The notes: generated by a model from the letters alone, not told the origin. A stretch of 64,000 nt of DNA from Felis catus (GCF_018350175.1 NC_058368.1:96722001-96786000); one strand, 5' to 3'. Counted from the stretch's first letter, positions 1 through 13,815 are shown. A program made the numbers and translations.

Positions 1-56
1 ACCTGAGACAAAAACAAGAGTCAGACCCTCAGCCAACTAAGCCACCCAGGTACCCC
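1..56 (-). mobile_element. CAN-SINE 5' head (runs off window edge)
   Basis: Reverse complement reads GGGGTACCTGGGTGGCTTAGTTGGCTGAGGGTCTGACTCTTG, the tRNA-derived CAN-SINE head. Confidence 0.9.
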
Positions 57-365
57 AATGGCAAGTCCTTTTCATATTAACATACAACTACCATACAGCC
101 TAGCAATTACACAATTGGGTATTTATCCTAGAGAAATGAAAACGTATACTCATGTAAAAGCCTGTGCATGAATGATGATAGTATCTCTATTTCTAATAGC
201 CAAAAACTGCAATGAGCCCAGCTGCCATTCAAGAGGTGAGCAGCTAAGCAAATGGTTGTATATACCTAACAACAAATATCACAAAGCAATAAAAGAAATA
301 AACTATTGATACACATAACAAATTGGATGAATCAGAAAGGCTTTATACTTGGTGAAAAAAGCCAG
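57..365 (+). mobile_element. Ancient L1M (L1MC/MD-like) 3' region
   Basis: Degenerate ORF2-end motifs such as GCAATTACACAATTGGGTATTTATCCTAGAGAAATGAAAAC and AATAGCCAAAAACTG. Confidence 0.75.
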
Positions 366-1280
366 CACCCAGAAAAATTTATTTAAAGAAATAATAGCTG
401 AAAATTTCCTGAATCTGGGGAAGGAAACAGAAATCCAGATGCAGGGGGCACAGAGAGCCCCCAGTAAAAACAACATGAGGAGGTCCACACCAAGACACAG
501 AGGAATTAAAATGGCAAAAGGTAATCATAGACAGAGAATTTTAAGAGCAGCAATGGAAAGGAAAACAGTTATATACAAGGGAAACCTCATTATGCTATCA
601 GCTGATTTTTCAGCAGAACCTCTGTGGGCCAGAAGAGAGTAGCATGAGACAAACAAGGTGTTAAAAGAAGAAAACCTGCAGCCAGGAACACTTTATCCAG
701 TGAGGCCATCATTCAGGACAGAAGGAGAGATAAAAAGTTTCCCAAACAAAAGTTAAAGCAATTTATGACCACTGAACTAGCCCTATAGGAGATGTTAAAG
801 GACTTTTTGAGTAGGAAGAAAAGACCATAAGCAAGAGTAAGAAAAGTAGAAAGAACAAAAGCAGTAAAATTATGTGCATCTATAAAACCCAGTCAAGGAA
901 TTTACAAAATGCATGAATGTAAAGTATGACATCATATACCTAAAATATGGCAAGGATAGGAGTCAAGAATGAGTTCAAACTTAAGCGACTGTCAAGTGAA
1001 TATAGACTGCTATATGCATAAGATGTGGTATACAAACCTAATGGGAGCCACAAATAGAAACCCAGTAATAGGTATGCAAACAAAGAAGAGAAAGGAATCC
1101 AAGTATATCACTAAAAAAAGACAGCAGACTGTGAGATAAAAGAGCAAGAGAATAAAGCAACAGAGAAGAACTACAAAAACAACCATAAAACAAGTAACGA
1201 AATGACAATAATTACATACTTATCCATATAACTACTTTGAATGTAAATGGACTAAATACTCCAATCAAAAGACATAGGGT

Positions 1281-1468
1281 GGGCCGCTGGGTGCCTAAAT
1301 TGGTTGAGTGCCCGACCTTCAGCTTAGGTCATGATCTCACGGTTTGTGAGTTCAAACCCCACATCAGGCTCACTGCTGTCAGCACAGAGCCTTCTTCAGA
1401 TCCTCTGTTCCCCTCTCTCTGCCCCCACTCTTGCACTCTACCCCCCAAAAAAATAAATATGAAAGAAA
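1281..1468 (+). mobile_element. CAN-SINE inserted in L1 ORF2
   Basis: SINE head, CT-rich region and A tail; TSD AAAAGACATAGGGTG on both sides. Confidence 0.93.
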
Positions 1469-2120
1469 AAAAGACATAGGGTGATGGAATATATAAAAAA
1501 GCAAGAACCATCTATATGCTGCCTTCAAGAAACTCATTTCAGACCTAAAGACACCTACAAATTGAAAGTGAAGGAATGAAAAGTATCTGTCATGAATATG
1601 GAAGTGAAAAAAAAACAGGATAGAAATACTTGTATCAGACAGAATAGACTTTAAAACAAAGACTGTAACAATAGACAAAGAAGGATACTATATAATCATA
1701 AAAAAAATCCATTAAGGTATTACAATTGTAAATATTTATGCACCCAATATGGAAACACCCAAAAACATAAAGCAGCTAATAACAAACATAAACAAAACAA
1801 CTGATAATAATGCAATGGTAGTGTATACTTCAATACCTCACTTCTATCAACAGATAGATCATCCAAACAGAAAATCAACAACAACAAACAATAGTGGCTT
1901 TGAAAGACACATTGTACCAGATGGATCTAACATATATATTCAAAATATTTCATTCTACGATAGCAGAATACACATTCTTTTCAAGAGCACACAGAACATT
2001 CTCCAGAAGAGATCACCAATTAGGCCACAAAACAAGTCCCAACAAATTCAAAAAAAGAGTGAAGTCATACCACACATCCTCTCTGACCACATACTGTGAA
2101 ATTAGAAATCAACTACAAGA

Positions 2121-2333
2121 GGGGCACCTGGGTGGCTCAGTCGGTTAAGAGTCTGACATAGGTTCAGGTCATGATCTCACAGTTCATGAGTTCCAGCCCT
2201 GCGCTGACAGCTTAGAACCTGGAGCCTGCCTCAGATTCTGTGTCTCCCTCTCTCTCTCTCTCTGTCCCTCCCCTGCTCACGTCTGTCTATCTATCTCTCT
2301 CTCTCTCTCTCAAAAATAAACATTAAGAAAAAA
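2121..2333 (+). mobile_element. CAN-SINE inserted in L1
   Basis: GGGGCACCTGGGTGGCTCAGTCGGTTAAG head, (CT)n, AATAAA tail; TSD AGAAATCAACTA(C/T)AAGA. Confidence 0.95.
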
Positions 2334-2893
2334 AGAAATCAACTATAAGAAAAAGTCTGGAAATTACACAAATACATGGAAGTTAAATAACATGCTACTA
2401 AATAATGAATGGCTCAACCAATATGTCAAAGAGGAAATCAAAAAATACATGAATACAAATGAAAATGAAAACCCAATTGTCCAAAACCTTTGGGATGCAG
2501 GAAAAGCAGTTCTAAGAGGTAAGTTTATAGTAACACAGGCCTATCTGAAGAAGCAAGAAAAATCTCAAATAAACAACGTAATCTTACATCTAAAGGGGCT
2601 ACAAAAATAGTAACAAATAAAACCTAAAATGAGTAGTAAGAAGAAAATTAAAAAAAACATTGGAGCAGGAAAAAAAACCTAAATAGAAACAAACAAAAAA
2701 CTATAGAACAAATCAATGAAGCCAAGAATTTTTTTTTTCTGAAAATATCAACAAAATCGATAAACCTTTACTAGACTCCTAAAAAAATTTTTTTCTTAAA
2801 AGACAGAGGACTCAAATAAGCAAATTCAGAAATAATGAAAGAGGAGCAAGAACTGACATCACAGAAATACAAACAATTACAAGAGAATATTAT

Positions 2894-3113
2894 GGGGGTG
2901 CCTGGGTGTTTCAGTTGGTTAAGCATCCAACTTTGGCTGACGTCATGATCTGATGGCTTGTGAGTTCAAGGCCCACTGTGTTGGACAGTTCAGACCCTGG
3001 AGCCTGTTTCGGATTCTGTCTCTGTCTCTCTCTGGCCCTCCCCCACTCATGCTCACCTCTCTCTATTTATCTCTGTCTCTCTCCCCCTCTATCAAAATAT
3101 AAACATTAAAAAA
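2894..3113 (+). mobile_element. CAN-SINE inserted in L1
   Basis: GGGGGTGCCTGGGTG head, CT-rich body, A-rich tail. Confidence 0.92.
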
Positions 3114-5021
3114 TTAACAAATTGGACATCCTGTAAGAAATAGATTCCTAGAAACATATAATGTCCCCAAAATGAATCAGAAAAAATAGAAAATTTGAAC
3201 AGACCAATAACCAGCAATGAAATTGAATCAGTAATCAACAAACTCCCAACAAACAAAAGTCCAGGACCAGAGAGTTTTGCAAGCAAATTCCACCAAACAT
3301 TTAAAGAAAAGATAACAGCTATTCTTCTCAAACCATTCCAAAAAATAGAAGAGGAAGGGAAGTTTCCAAATTCATTCTACAAGGCAAGCATTACCTGATA
3401 CCAAAACCAGGTAAAGACACTACAAGAAAAGAGAACTAGCGTTCTCTCAGAGTATCTCTGATGAATGTGGAAGCAAAGATCCTCAACAAAATATTAGCAA
3501 ACTGAAGCCAACAATACATTAAAAAAATTCTTCAGCACAATTAGGTGGAATTCATCATGAGATGCAAGGGTGGTTCTGTATTTGCAAATCAATCAATATG
3601 AAAATCACAACAAGAGAAGGATAACAACCCTATGATCATCTCAAGAGATGCAGAAAAACATTTGACAAAGTGTAACATCTACTCATGATAAAAACCTTCA
3701 ACAAAGTAGTTTTAAAAGGAACATACCCCAACATAATAAAGACCATATAAGAAAAATACACCACTGACATTATACTCAATGGTGAAAAACCAAGAGCTGT
3801 TCCCCTAAGATCAGGAACAAGAAAAAAATGTCCACACTCATCATGTTTATTCAACATAGCACTGAAAGTCATAACCACAGAAGTTGGGTAAGAAAAAGGA
3901 ATAAAAGGAATCCACATTGATAAGGAATAAGTAAATCTTTCACTATTTGCAGATGACACTATATACAGAAAACCTGAAAGACTCCACCAAAAACTACTGA
4001 AACTGATAAATGAATTCATGATAAATTACACTATACAAAATTAAAATGCAAAAATCTGCTGCATTTCTATACACTAATAATGAAGCAGCACAAAGAGAAA
4101 TGAAGAAAAAAAATCACATTTATAAATGCACCAAAAATAAGAAGACACCTAGAAACAAACTTAACCAAAAGGTGATAGACTTATAGTGTAAAAACTATAA
4201 AACATGGGTGAAAGAAACTAAAGACAATACAAGCAGATGGAAGTATATTCCATGCTCATGGACTAAAAGAACAAATATTATTGAAGTGTTCACTTGATCA
4301 AAGCAATCCACAGGTTTAATGCAATTGCATCAAAATACCAGCAGCATTTTTCACAGAGTTGGATTAAAAAATCCTAACATTTGTATGGGACCACAGAAGA
4401 CTAAAGCAATTTTCAAAAAGAAAAGAAAACCTAGAGGTATCACAGTTCTGGGTTTCAAGTTACACTACAAAGCTATAGTAACCCAAAGAGTATGGCATTG
4501 ACACAAAAATAGACACAATGATCCATAGAACAGAATACAAAACCAGAAATGAACCCACAACTATATGGTTAATTAATCTTCGACAAAGTAGGTAAGAATA
4601 TGCAATGTGGGAAAAGACAGTCTCTTCAACAAATGGTGTTGGGAAAACTGGATAGTTACATATAAAAGTTATAGTTTCTTATACCACATGCAAAAATAAA
4701 CTCAAAATGGATTAAAGAACTAAATGTGATATCTGAAACTATGAATATCTTAAAAGAGAGCATAGGCAGTAATTTCTCTCATATCAGTCATAGCAACATC
4801 TTTCTAGATATATGTCCTGAGGCAAGGGAAACAAAATAAAAAATGAACTATTTGGAGTATATAAAAATAAAAATAAAAATCATCTGCACAGCAAAAGAAT
4901 CAACAAAATGAAAAGTTAACCTACACAATGAGAGAAGATATTTGCAAAAGACATATAAAACAAGAGTTACAATCCAAAATATATGAAGAACTTATATAAC
5001 TCAACACAAAAAAGAATCCAA

Positions 5022-5236
5022 GGGTGCCTGGGTGGCTCAGTTGGTTAAGCAACCTACTTGAGTTCAGATCATGATCCTGCGGTTCATGGGTTTGAGCCCT
5101 GCATCAGGATCTGTGCTCAGAGTCTGGACAGCTCAGAGTCTGGAACCTGCTTCGGATTCTGTGTCTCCCTCTCTCTCTGCTCCTCCTCCACTCACTCTCT
5201 GTCTCTCAAAAATGAATAAACATTAAAAAACTTTTC
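5022..5236 (+). mobile_element. CAN-SINE inserted in L1
   Basis: Typical SINE; TSD CAAAAAAGAATCCAA. Confidence 0.95.
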
Positions 5237-5700
5237 AAAAAAGAATCCAATTAAAAAATGGTCAGAAGATATTAAAAGACATTTCTCAAAAAAAAGCCAT
5301 CCAGGTGGCCAACACATGACAAGATGCTAATAATCAGGGAAATGCAAAATCAAAACTACAATGAGTTATCACCTCACATCTGTCATGATGGCTAACGTCA
5401 ACAGCACAAGCAACAAGTGTTACTGAAGATGTGGAGAAAAAGGAACCCCTGTGCACTGTTGGTAAAAATGCAAGATGGTGGAGTCACTCTGGAAAACACT
5501 ATGCAGGTTCCCAAAACAGTTACAAATAGAATTACCATGTGATCCAATAATTCCAAGTTTTGTATTTACCCAATACAAAAATACTAATTTGAAAAGATAT
5601 ATGCACCCCTATGTTTATTGCAGCATTTTTTATAGTAGTCAAATTATGGAAGCAACGTAAGTGTCCATCAATAGAAGAAGGGATAAAGAAGAGGTGACAT

Positions 5701-5845
5701 CAATGTCAATATTATGACTATGAAATTTTACTGTAGTTTAACAAAATACTGCCATCAGAGGAAACAGAGTTAATAAGTACATATGAAAAGTCTCTGTATT
5801 TTTTTCTTACAACTGCACATCAATCTACAATTACCTCAAAGAATA
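5701..5845 (+). mobile_element. Ancient L1MC-like extreme 3' end
   Basis: TCTCTGTATTTTTTTCTTACAACTGCACATCAATCTACAATTACCTCAAA resembles the L1MC terminal motif. Confidence 0.7.
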
Positions 5846-6326
5846 TTTTCAGGTAAAAATAACAATAGAAGGCTACAAAAAAGAACATTCTGAAAAAAAG
5901 AAAATTACTTAGGAAGTTACAAATATGCTACAAAAAATTAAAACACAGTACCAAAAAGTTGAAAATAAAAAAGAAAAGTTGAAGTGAAAAATGGGGGAGA
6001 GGAAACATAAAGGAATTAACAGTTCTGTCCAGAAGGTCAAACACTCAAAAAATAGGACTACAGAAAGAGTGAACAGAGAAACTACAGAAATAAATTTATT
6101 TAAAAAAGAAAATAAAAAAATTCTGCAGCAATGAAAATCTGTTTCCAGAATAAATGTGACACATAAATACAGAGAACAAAAAATATCAACAAGGTACATT
6201 ATACTGATTTTTCAGAAATACTGAGAATAATGTGAGAATTCTATAACAGTTTACAGTGTGAAAAATTTGGCCACATATAAATGACCAGGAATCAAAACAT
6301 CCTAATTCTCATCTAGAAGTTAAAAA

Positions 6327-6328
<2 letters not shown>

Positions 6329-6374
<46 letters not shown>
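6329..6374. repeat. (CA)n microsatellite
   Basis: Perfect AC run. Confidence 0.97.
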
Positions 6375-6378
<4 letters not shown>

Positions 6379-6597
6379 TATCTAGTAATTCCAAGAGGAA
6401 ATGACGGAGTCTAGACTTCTATACCTAGTTAGACTATCAATCAAGTGCAAGGATAAGATTAAGGTGTTTTCAGACAATTGTGGACTTAAAAGAGTTTAAC
6501 CTTCGTTCAGTGCAGTCTTTTTTTAGGAAGGAAAGTATTCCACTGAAATGAGGTAATAAGCGAAAAGAAGTCACAGGATCCAGAAAACAAAATCCAA

Positions 6598-6600
6598 CAC

Positions 6601-6628
<28 letters not shown>
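6598..6628. repeat. (CA)n microsatellite
   Basis: AC run. Confidence 0.95.
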
Positions 6629-6632
<4 letters not shown>

Positions 6633-6904
6633 ATTGACAGGAATGCCCTGGATGGCCAGAATCCACCACTCTCTTCCAAAAAAATTCAGGTCCAGATATT
6701 AGGGGAATGAAACACTCCAAAAAAACTCTCCAACACAAAAACTGAGATCTTAACTGATGCATTTGATCACACTGAGAGGCTTACTATTATTACAGATTTC
6801 AGGGCTAATTAAGTGATAAGTAAAGACAAGCATAAGTAATGACAAGACAGTATATTCTGGTACACTCCATGACTAAGATTTAAAAAACGTAGCCATTGAC
6901 AGTC

Positions 6905-7096
6905 TTTGTTTGTTTAATTTTAGTTGGTTAACATACAGTGCAGTATTGGTTTCAGGAGAATTCAGTGATTCATCACTTACATACAACAACCAATGCTCAT
7001 ATTAGTGCCCTCCTTAATATCCATCACCCATCTAGCCCATCTCCCACCCACCTTCCCTCCATCAACCCTGAGTTTGTTCTTGATCATTAAGAGTCA
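6905..7096 (-). mobile_element. Carnivore L1 3' UTR fragment
   Basis: Antisense L1 tail: TTAGTTGGTTAACATACAGTGCAGTATTGGTTTCAGGAG...CATCAACCCTGAGTTTGTTCT. Confidence 0.88.
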
Positions 7097-7602
7097 TCCA
7101 CAGTTTTAGTAATATAATCCCTGTATAGTCATTTAACCAAAAGAAACCAACTAAAGACACAACTGTACTTAGAGTTTGTAGTAAGTTGAAATGGAAGGTG
7201 AGAGTATGTGTGGTAGGGGCAGAGTAGGGAGCAGTCATGGTAACAATACCAAAATTTCACCTAATTCAGCAATCAGTAGAAAAAAATTTTAAACGCCAGT
7301 ATATTTTCATATTTTTAAAGACTACATAAATAAAACAAACCAAAGTATTGGAAATGAAACTCTGTGGGGAATGGGGGGAAGGGTACATTAGGACTACTCT
7401 TTTTAATTATAAGGCCTTTAGCACCACTTTGTTTAACAATTTATACATCTTACTTTAGTAACTCAGTATTTCAAAAAATAAACAGTGTATATACTTTTTA
7501 AAATTTAGAAACCACACAAAAACTTCAATGTACCCCTAAAATCCTGCTACCTGGAGGGTCCCAGAGCTAAAACTTGGGTCTGTTTTCTAAAATGATGGTG
7601 TA

Positions 7603-7790
7603 GGGGCACCTGGATGGGCTCAGTTGGTTAGGTGTACAAGTCTTAATATAGTCTCAGGCCATGATCTTATGATTTTGAGATCAGGCCCCATGCAGGGCAC
7701 TGAGTGTGGAACTTGCTTCAGAGTCTCTCTCTCTCCCTCTCTCCCCCACTTTTGCACTCTCACTCAAAATAAATAAATAAACCTTTAAAA
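7603..7790 (+). mobile_element. CAN-SINE (older subfamily)
   Basis: SINE head and tail; decayed TSD AAAATGATG(G/A)T(G/A)TA. Confidence 0.9.
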
Positions 7791-9129
7791 AATGATGATA
7801 TAAAGTTACAGAAAAAAGGAATAGCTGATTGCACCAAACTCAAAACATTTAATCATAGAATTTAAAATCTTCTTTTGGAAACCAGTCTTAACCTTCAAGC
7901 ACTCTTTTGGAAACACTAACATTACAAGTGACATTGCTACTGACGCTGGGGAAATCTTGGCAGGAATTGAATTGAGTAACTTGGAAAGGAATGACCCACA
8001 GCTGTCCCTGCCTAGATGTATCCAAATTTGACCATTAAACATGAGAAAAACAGAGGATTCACTAATCGAGAATGATCATCAACAATCTACCTTAGGGTCA
8101 CATTTGTGGAAGTTAATTCAGTTTGATTAAGCCTCCAAACCATCACTGTTGAGCTTGGAGCAGTATTTCACATGCCTGCTATTTCTCTCTAATGGATTAC
8201 ATTGTGACTTATCCTTTTTCGTCTTTTAAATTCAAAAATGGTACATATTCATGTCTTACACCTAGCCACTTTTACATCCTATCTTTAAACTGTTCCCACT
8301 TACACCAAAGTCACTATACCCTAATCAACTACCTACACAAATAACGGTCTCACCACAGAAATCTCATCTTATTTTGCAAGTCGTTTATAAAGATACTGGT
8401 TGTGCTTTTGCGCAGATGACCATGAATTTAAAGTGCAGTGAAAATGTGCCATTCTTTTTTAACAGATTTTTGTCACCTCCTTGCCATTAGTTGAAGAATG
8501 ACCTAACTTATCTGCTAGCCTTGGGTTTAAGATGTTAATTTCAGTACTTAATGTTCCTATCAATGACCCTATAATGTAGAAACTATTTTATTCCTGCCTA
8601 CCAGGGCAGACATTTCCTTGAAGGAAGGGCAACTTTAGTGAGCACTTGCAGGCTTTGGGACCCTTTCTAAGCATGTCCCATAGTCCTAAGAATGAAAGTG
8701 TGGTTTTAACAATACCAACTCAACAAAATGCAGAAGAAGCAGCCTGCTAACATTTTCTATTACATTTGTACTTGATTGATACCTGGGGCTATCGTATAAA
8801 TTTCCATAATTTATGCAAACAATGCTAAGTAAATCACACAACAAAAACAATCATATTAATGATATAATAAATTCTCAAACACTGGTTACTTGGCACCAAT
8901 TTTTGTGTAAATGGAGATGAAAATGTACATTTAAAGATAAGTATATAAGAACACATGGATTAATATGTTCTATTATTAAAAAGGTACTCCATCACCCCAG
9001 AAAAGATATCCGTTGAAAAAATGAGAAGCTATTGTTCCAGTGACACTCAAGATAGGGAAAGGAATTGGAAAGAAGATAAATATACCCACCCCTAAGCTAC
9101 TTCACCTAATAAGGCACAGTTTAAAAACT

Positions 9130-9342
9130 GGGTGCCTGGGTAGTTCAGTCGATTAAGTATCTGACTTCAGCTCAGGTCGTGATCTCATGGTTCATGAGTT
9201 TGAGGCGTGCACTGGGCTCTGTGCTGACAGCTCAGAGCCTGGAGCCCTCTTCAGATTCTCCCTTCCTCTCTGTCCCTCCCCTGTTCAAGCTCTGTTTCTC
9301 TGTCCTTCAAAATAAATAAAACATCCCAAAAAATTTAAAAAA
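9130..9342 (+). mobile_element. CAN-SINE
   Basis: GGGTGCCTGGGTAGTTCAG head, CT-rich region, AATAAA tail. Confidence 0.93.
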
Positions 9343-10454
9343 CCAAATTGTACCTGGAAGGACATTAACCAGAAATACAAGAATCTTATCATCACAAAGG
9401 TCCTATACAGAGAATGCATTTATTAGTTTCTATCATAAATCATTTCAGCACATTTAGAACACATGCAATTTTACCCAAATTGAGAAAACTAGATGTAACA
9501 TTTCATTTTGTGGGCTGGGAATATATTATACCTTTGGGGAAATTTGTAACACACAGAGTATCATATGATGCCTATACCCCCTACTGCACCCCTCCTCTAT
9601 GCTTTTTTTTTTCATTTAGCCCAGAGAGATAGAAATTAAGTTCAACAGATATTTTCCCAATCAAAAACACAAAATGGCTGGGCAAGGCAGCAGCAAAGGT
9701 TTCCATTCAGGGGCTCTTTACAATTCAAGCCCACAGACTGCTAACCTCACAGAGCCTTTCTCATACACCCAGCAAATGTACAGTCAGAAATATACAATCA
9801 ACCCTTTTCTATTGTTTTTGTTCATTCTGGGAGAAAAAATGACTATCTTAAAATTACCATCTTTATACTCATAACTGTCTTTTTTTGGCTCCAGACAAAC
9901 ATAGCTAGCTTCTGATTCAATAGACACCTTGAACTCAGCATGCCCCTAAAATTTAACTCATGAGCTGTTCTGCTCAAACCTAGCCCTCTTCCTGTATCCA
10001 CCATCTTAGTAAATGACAATCTCCAAAATGGAAGGCTGACGGTCACCGTAATTTCTCCACTCCCCAAAACACTGCCCACAATTAAAGCCATTCGCTCTGT
10101 TCTCTACTTGCTCATTACTCAAGTCCAGGTTAGACCACTCAGACTCATGTGGAATACTACAGTAGGCTTCCAACTGATGCTTCTTGCTTGAAAGACTTTC
10201 CATAGCTTTTCATTGTTCCTAAGAAAAAATCTAAAATACCAGTGAAAACTAATTGCCTTTGTGTGATCTGGCCCTTGCCTACCTCTCCAGCCTCATTTTG
10301 GGCCACCCTAATTTACTGTGTTCCAGATACAGGATCCTCCTTTCTGTTCTTATATTCTGCTAAGCTTACTCTTTCCACACGCTATCTCCTTGCCCCAGTA
10401 CTCTAGTGAACCTCTCTTTTCTCTCTCAACTACCATATAAATCTCACACCTTCT

Positions 10455-10659
10455 TTTTATTTTTTAATGTTTATTTTTAAGAGATAGAGAGAGAGCATGC
10501 ACAAGCAGGGGATGGGCAGAGAGAGAGGGAGACACAGTATCCAAAGCAGGCTATAGGTTGTCACCACAAAGCCTGACACGGGGCTCAAACTCACAAACTG
10601 TGAGATCATGGCCTGAGGCAAAGTCAGACACTTAACCAACTGAGCCACCCAAGTGCCCC
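10455..10659 (-). mobile_element. CAN-SINE
   Basis: Antisense SINE ending CTGAGCCACCCAAGTGCCCC; TSD AATCT(C/T)ACAC(C/A)TTCT. Confidence 0.94.
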
Positions 10660-10834
10660 AAATCTTACACATTCTTAAGCACCCATTAGACCAAAGGCCA
10701 TTGTCTGGTATCCTGAGACATGACATACTTCCCATGTTTATGCGGTGAGACCCTCTACTGTTCCTTCTCAGAGACTCTACTTAGTTGGAGTTTTGTATTT
10801 GACTGTTTAAGGTCTCTACCTTCTGTTATACCTA

Positions 10835-10980
10835 GAGGTTAAATATTTGGGGCTTTGGTGGACATAGGGTCTCCATTTACACTATTCAACTCTGCCCTTG
10901 TTATGAGAAAGCATCCAAAAACAGTAAGTAAACAAATGGGTGTGTATTTCAGCAGCCTTTTGACCATAATTTGCCCATCG
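10835..10980. mobile_element. MER58-like hAT-Charlie DNA transposon fragment
   Basis: AAATATTTGGGGCTTTGGTGGACATAGGGTCTCC..CTATTCAACTCTGCCCTTGT..GTAAACAAATGGGTGTG resembles MER58. Confidence 0.7.
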
Positions 10981-12235
10981 TTTCATTGGATGATATAGAC
11001 TCCAGAAAGGCATTGGGCATGCTTTGTAGGGTTTAGTTTTGTACCTCAGTACACTTTGTAATACCTGGTATACAATCAACATTCAATATATAAATATTGG
11101 ACGAATCAATAAGCCAATGGAAGAATACAAATTTGGATCAACATTAACCAGTTATGAGGGTGTAACTATATTTGCTGTTCTGTTTTTCATCTCTAAGAAA
11201 AGAAATTATAACGTAATTGTCTGACAAAGGAGGTTGTTCTTAAGTGATCAATTGATGATGCACGTTTGCTCTTGATGTCCCTGACAATCCCAGGAAAACT
11301 CAAGACACAGAAGGTTAAATAATTAGTGGGGCTGCCTGTACTTGTCCAGAAGGTCTCCTAAACAAAACAGGAAGTTTTGAGATGTATGGCAACTAAAGAG
11401 AGAACCCATGTTCCAACATTCTATTTTCACTGAGCAGGAAAAGTGACACGAGCAATTAAAGTAATCTTCCTTTGTGAACCACTGGGCTGAGCCCAGAGAT
11501 AGTAATCATAAAAACCATAGCTCCAACTAAGAATTAGAAAGACAATCATTCCAAAGGAAGGCTGAAAACTTCAGTAGTAGCCAATTAGGTACTTGAGCTT
11601 CACTTAAAAGTTTGGTGTTGTGTTTCTTAGTGTTTTTTTTTCTCTCCAAAGGAGAATAATTCTGGAGGCTTACAGTCAAGATGATGAATTGAGCAAACAC
11701 AGGTATATCCATCCTTCTCAATTAAAGCTGTTTTGAGGAAATACATAGCCAAGTTCAAAGGCAAAGAAGCAAACAATCTTTGTAACACTGTAGATTCAGG
11801 TAGTCTTGCCAATGTCAGGGAAAGAGCACCCAGCATGCTGTACAAACCTGAGGCTGAGGAAGGGGATATTTCTGGAAGGAATAGTGACTGGAAATTTTCT
11901 GAAAAGCAGCCAACTTCTTGCAGCCTGAAACAAATTGGTTCCCCAGAAATATGTGGCAAAAGAAAATCCTCAACCATACCAAGTAAGAAGTATGAGCACA
12001 TACGTTAATTGGGGCACATGCCAAGTAAGAATGATGGCACATTCATTAATTATCAAGCTCTTGAACTGGAAAAGAAAAGTATATATTGGGTCATACTTGA
12101 TGAAACCTGAAGGGTCATGTGAAAAGGGAATGAGGAAATTCTCCCAAGTATTCCCAAGGAAAAAAACTTCACATTAACAACATAAAATATACTCCACAGA
12201 ATCAATAAACTGGGAAATTTATAATTGACAAACTA

Positions 12236-12432
12236 GGGAAGTCTGGGTGTCTTAGTCGGTTGAGTGTCTCACTCTTGATTTCTGTTCAGGTCATGATACC
12301 AGGGTTGTGGGATCGAGCCCTGTGTTGGGCTCCACAGTGAGCATGGAGCCTGATTAAGATTCTCTCTCTCTCTGCCCCTCTTCCACTCATATACACTCTC
12401 TCTCTGTCAAACAAACAAAAATTAAATTAAAT
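12236..12432 (+). mobile_element. CAN-SINE (older subfamily)
   Basis: SINE body; TSD TTATAATTGACAAACT. Confidence 0.93.
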
Positions 12433-12449
12433 TATAATTGACAAACTGG

Positions 12450-13815
12450 AATACAGAACAATCCAAAAGGGATGTTTAAAATAAGTATGTCTCATGAAGG
12501 CAAAAATATAATCCATATAAAGGATCTTCTGAAAGAAGGTAGATACAAAAAATATTAATAATCAAGGATAAATAATACAGAAAATATAGTCATTGAAATA
12601 AAACATTCAATAACTGAAACTGTAGAGATGAGGAATAAATTACTATAATGAAAAAACAAATCATGAGTCTCTCACAATGTACCACAAAGTTACAAAGAGA
12701 TTGGAGGGATGAAAAAGAAGGTAAGAAACACAGAATCTATAGAAATTCCTGAAAAAAAAATAGTGAGAGTGTGAGAGAAATATATAATTACAGGATAAAA
12801 TTCCTAATAACTGAAAATATAATTTTTCAGACTAAAAGTACATCTTGAATTCCAAGAATTTTTTTTTAATTTTACTGAGACATGAAAATGGTTAGAAATA
12901 AGGCCTTAACATTTTGATGGAGAAAAATTTCAGTACTCAGAAACCAGTGCCTGGGGTAGTAAAACTGAAATGAGACCAAAGAATAATAATACTTCCACAG
13001 TGCCAAGGAAATGTATTTATCAACTTGAAATCTCAACCAACTAGCATGAAAATGAAGATGTTTTTAGATATAAGCGTAAGGTATCCAAAAGAATTTTCTA
13101 TACACAAATGTGTACTGAAAGGATTACTAAAAGATCCATTTCAGGAAGAGTAAAAATGATTCCACAACTAGAAGATCAAGGGAAAAAATTAAGAGTGTGA
13201 AAAGAAAATTATATAAAACATTTAAGGGAGAAATTATACCAATTGTCTATAATCTCTTCCAGAAAATTAAACAGAGAGATTACTTCTAACTAATGCAATG
13301 AGGCCAGCACTACCCTAACTGAAAGGAAAGACAAATTATAAACCTATGTTCCTCATGAACATAAGTGCAAAAATCCTCAACAAAACATTACCAAATTAAA
13401 TCTAACAATGTGAAAAAAAAAGACTGTACACCATTACAAAGTGGGGTTTCTCTCTGGTATGAAAGTCTAATTCATTTTTCAAAAGTGAATATACTTCATT
13501 ATATCAATTGGCCAAAGAAGAAAAAACATATACTCCTATCAATATACACATAAAAATCATAAAATGAAATGTAGTACCATTGCATGATAAAAACTATCAG
13601 AAAACTAGGAGTAGAGGGAGCTTCTCCAAATTGGTTAAAAAAAATCCACAAAAAGCCAACAGCTAACATCACACTTAATGTTGATAAACTAGATGCTTTC
13701 TTCCTAAAATCAGGAATGAGACAAGAACACCCCTTCTCAACACCTCCATTCAACATTGTGCTGAAATTCAATGGAAAAAGATGATCTTTCCAACAAATGA
13801 AATTAAAAATAAACA
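12450..13815 (+). mobile_element. Old L1M remnants (ORF1-like, then ORF2 RT fragment)
   Basis: ORF 13584-13784 gives KPTANITLNVDKLDAFFLKSGMRQEHPFSTPPFNIVL, an L1 RT motif. Confidence 0.75.

Larger units (their letters stand above)
366..5700 (+). mobile_element. Carnivore LINE-1, 5'-truncated within ORF1, degenerate ORF2, own 3' UTR missing, interrupted by four SINEs
   Basis: ORF1 remnant FKEIIAENFLNLGKE..LSADFSAE; endonuclease start LNVNGLNTPIKRHRV; LLNNEW..NLWDAGKAVLRGKFI; NRPITSNEIESVINKLPTNKSPGP; RT LFADD motif (CTATTTGCAGATGAC near 3942); many stops and frameshifts. Confidence 0.95.
5850..7480 (+). mobile_element. Very old L1ME/HAL1-like ORF1-region remnant, interrupted
   Basis: A-rich degenerate ORF1-like motifs (CCAGAAGGTCAAACACTCAAAAAATAGGACTACAGAAAGAG; TTCTATACCTAGTTAGACTATCAATCAAGTG). 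Confidence 0.5.
9915..11120 (+). mobile_element. L2 LINE 3' fragments, interrupted by a SINE and MER58
   Basis: L2 motifs such as ACACCTTGAACTCAGCATGCCC, GTGATCTGGCCCTTGCCTACCTCTCCAGCCTCAT and terminal CCTGGTATACAATCAACATTCAATA. Confidence 0.7.

Noticed and set aside
11627..12042. Overlapping 75-124 aa ORFs on both strands
   Set aside because: No recognisable domain or convincing splice boundaries; adjacent to old L1M sequence and probably chance frames.
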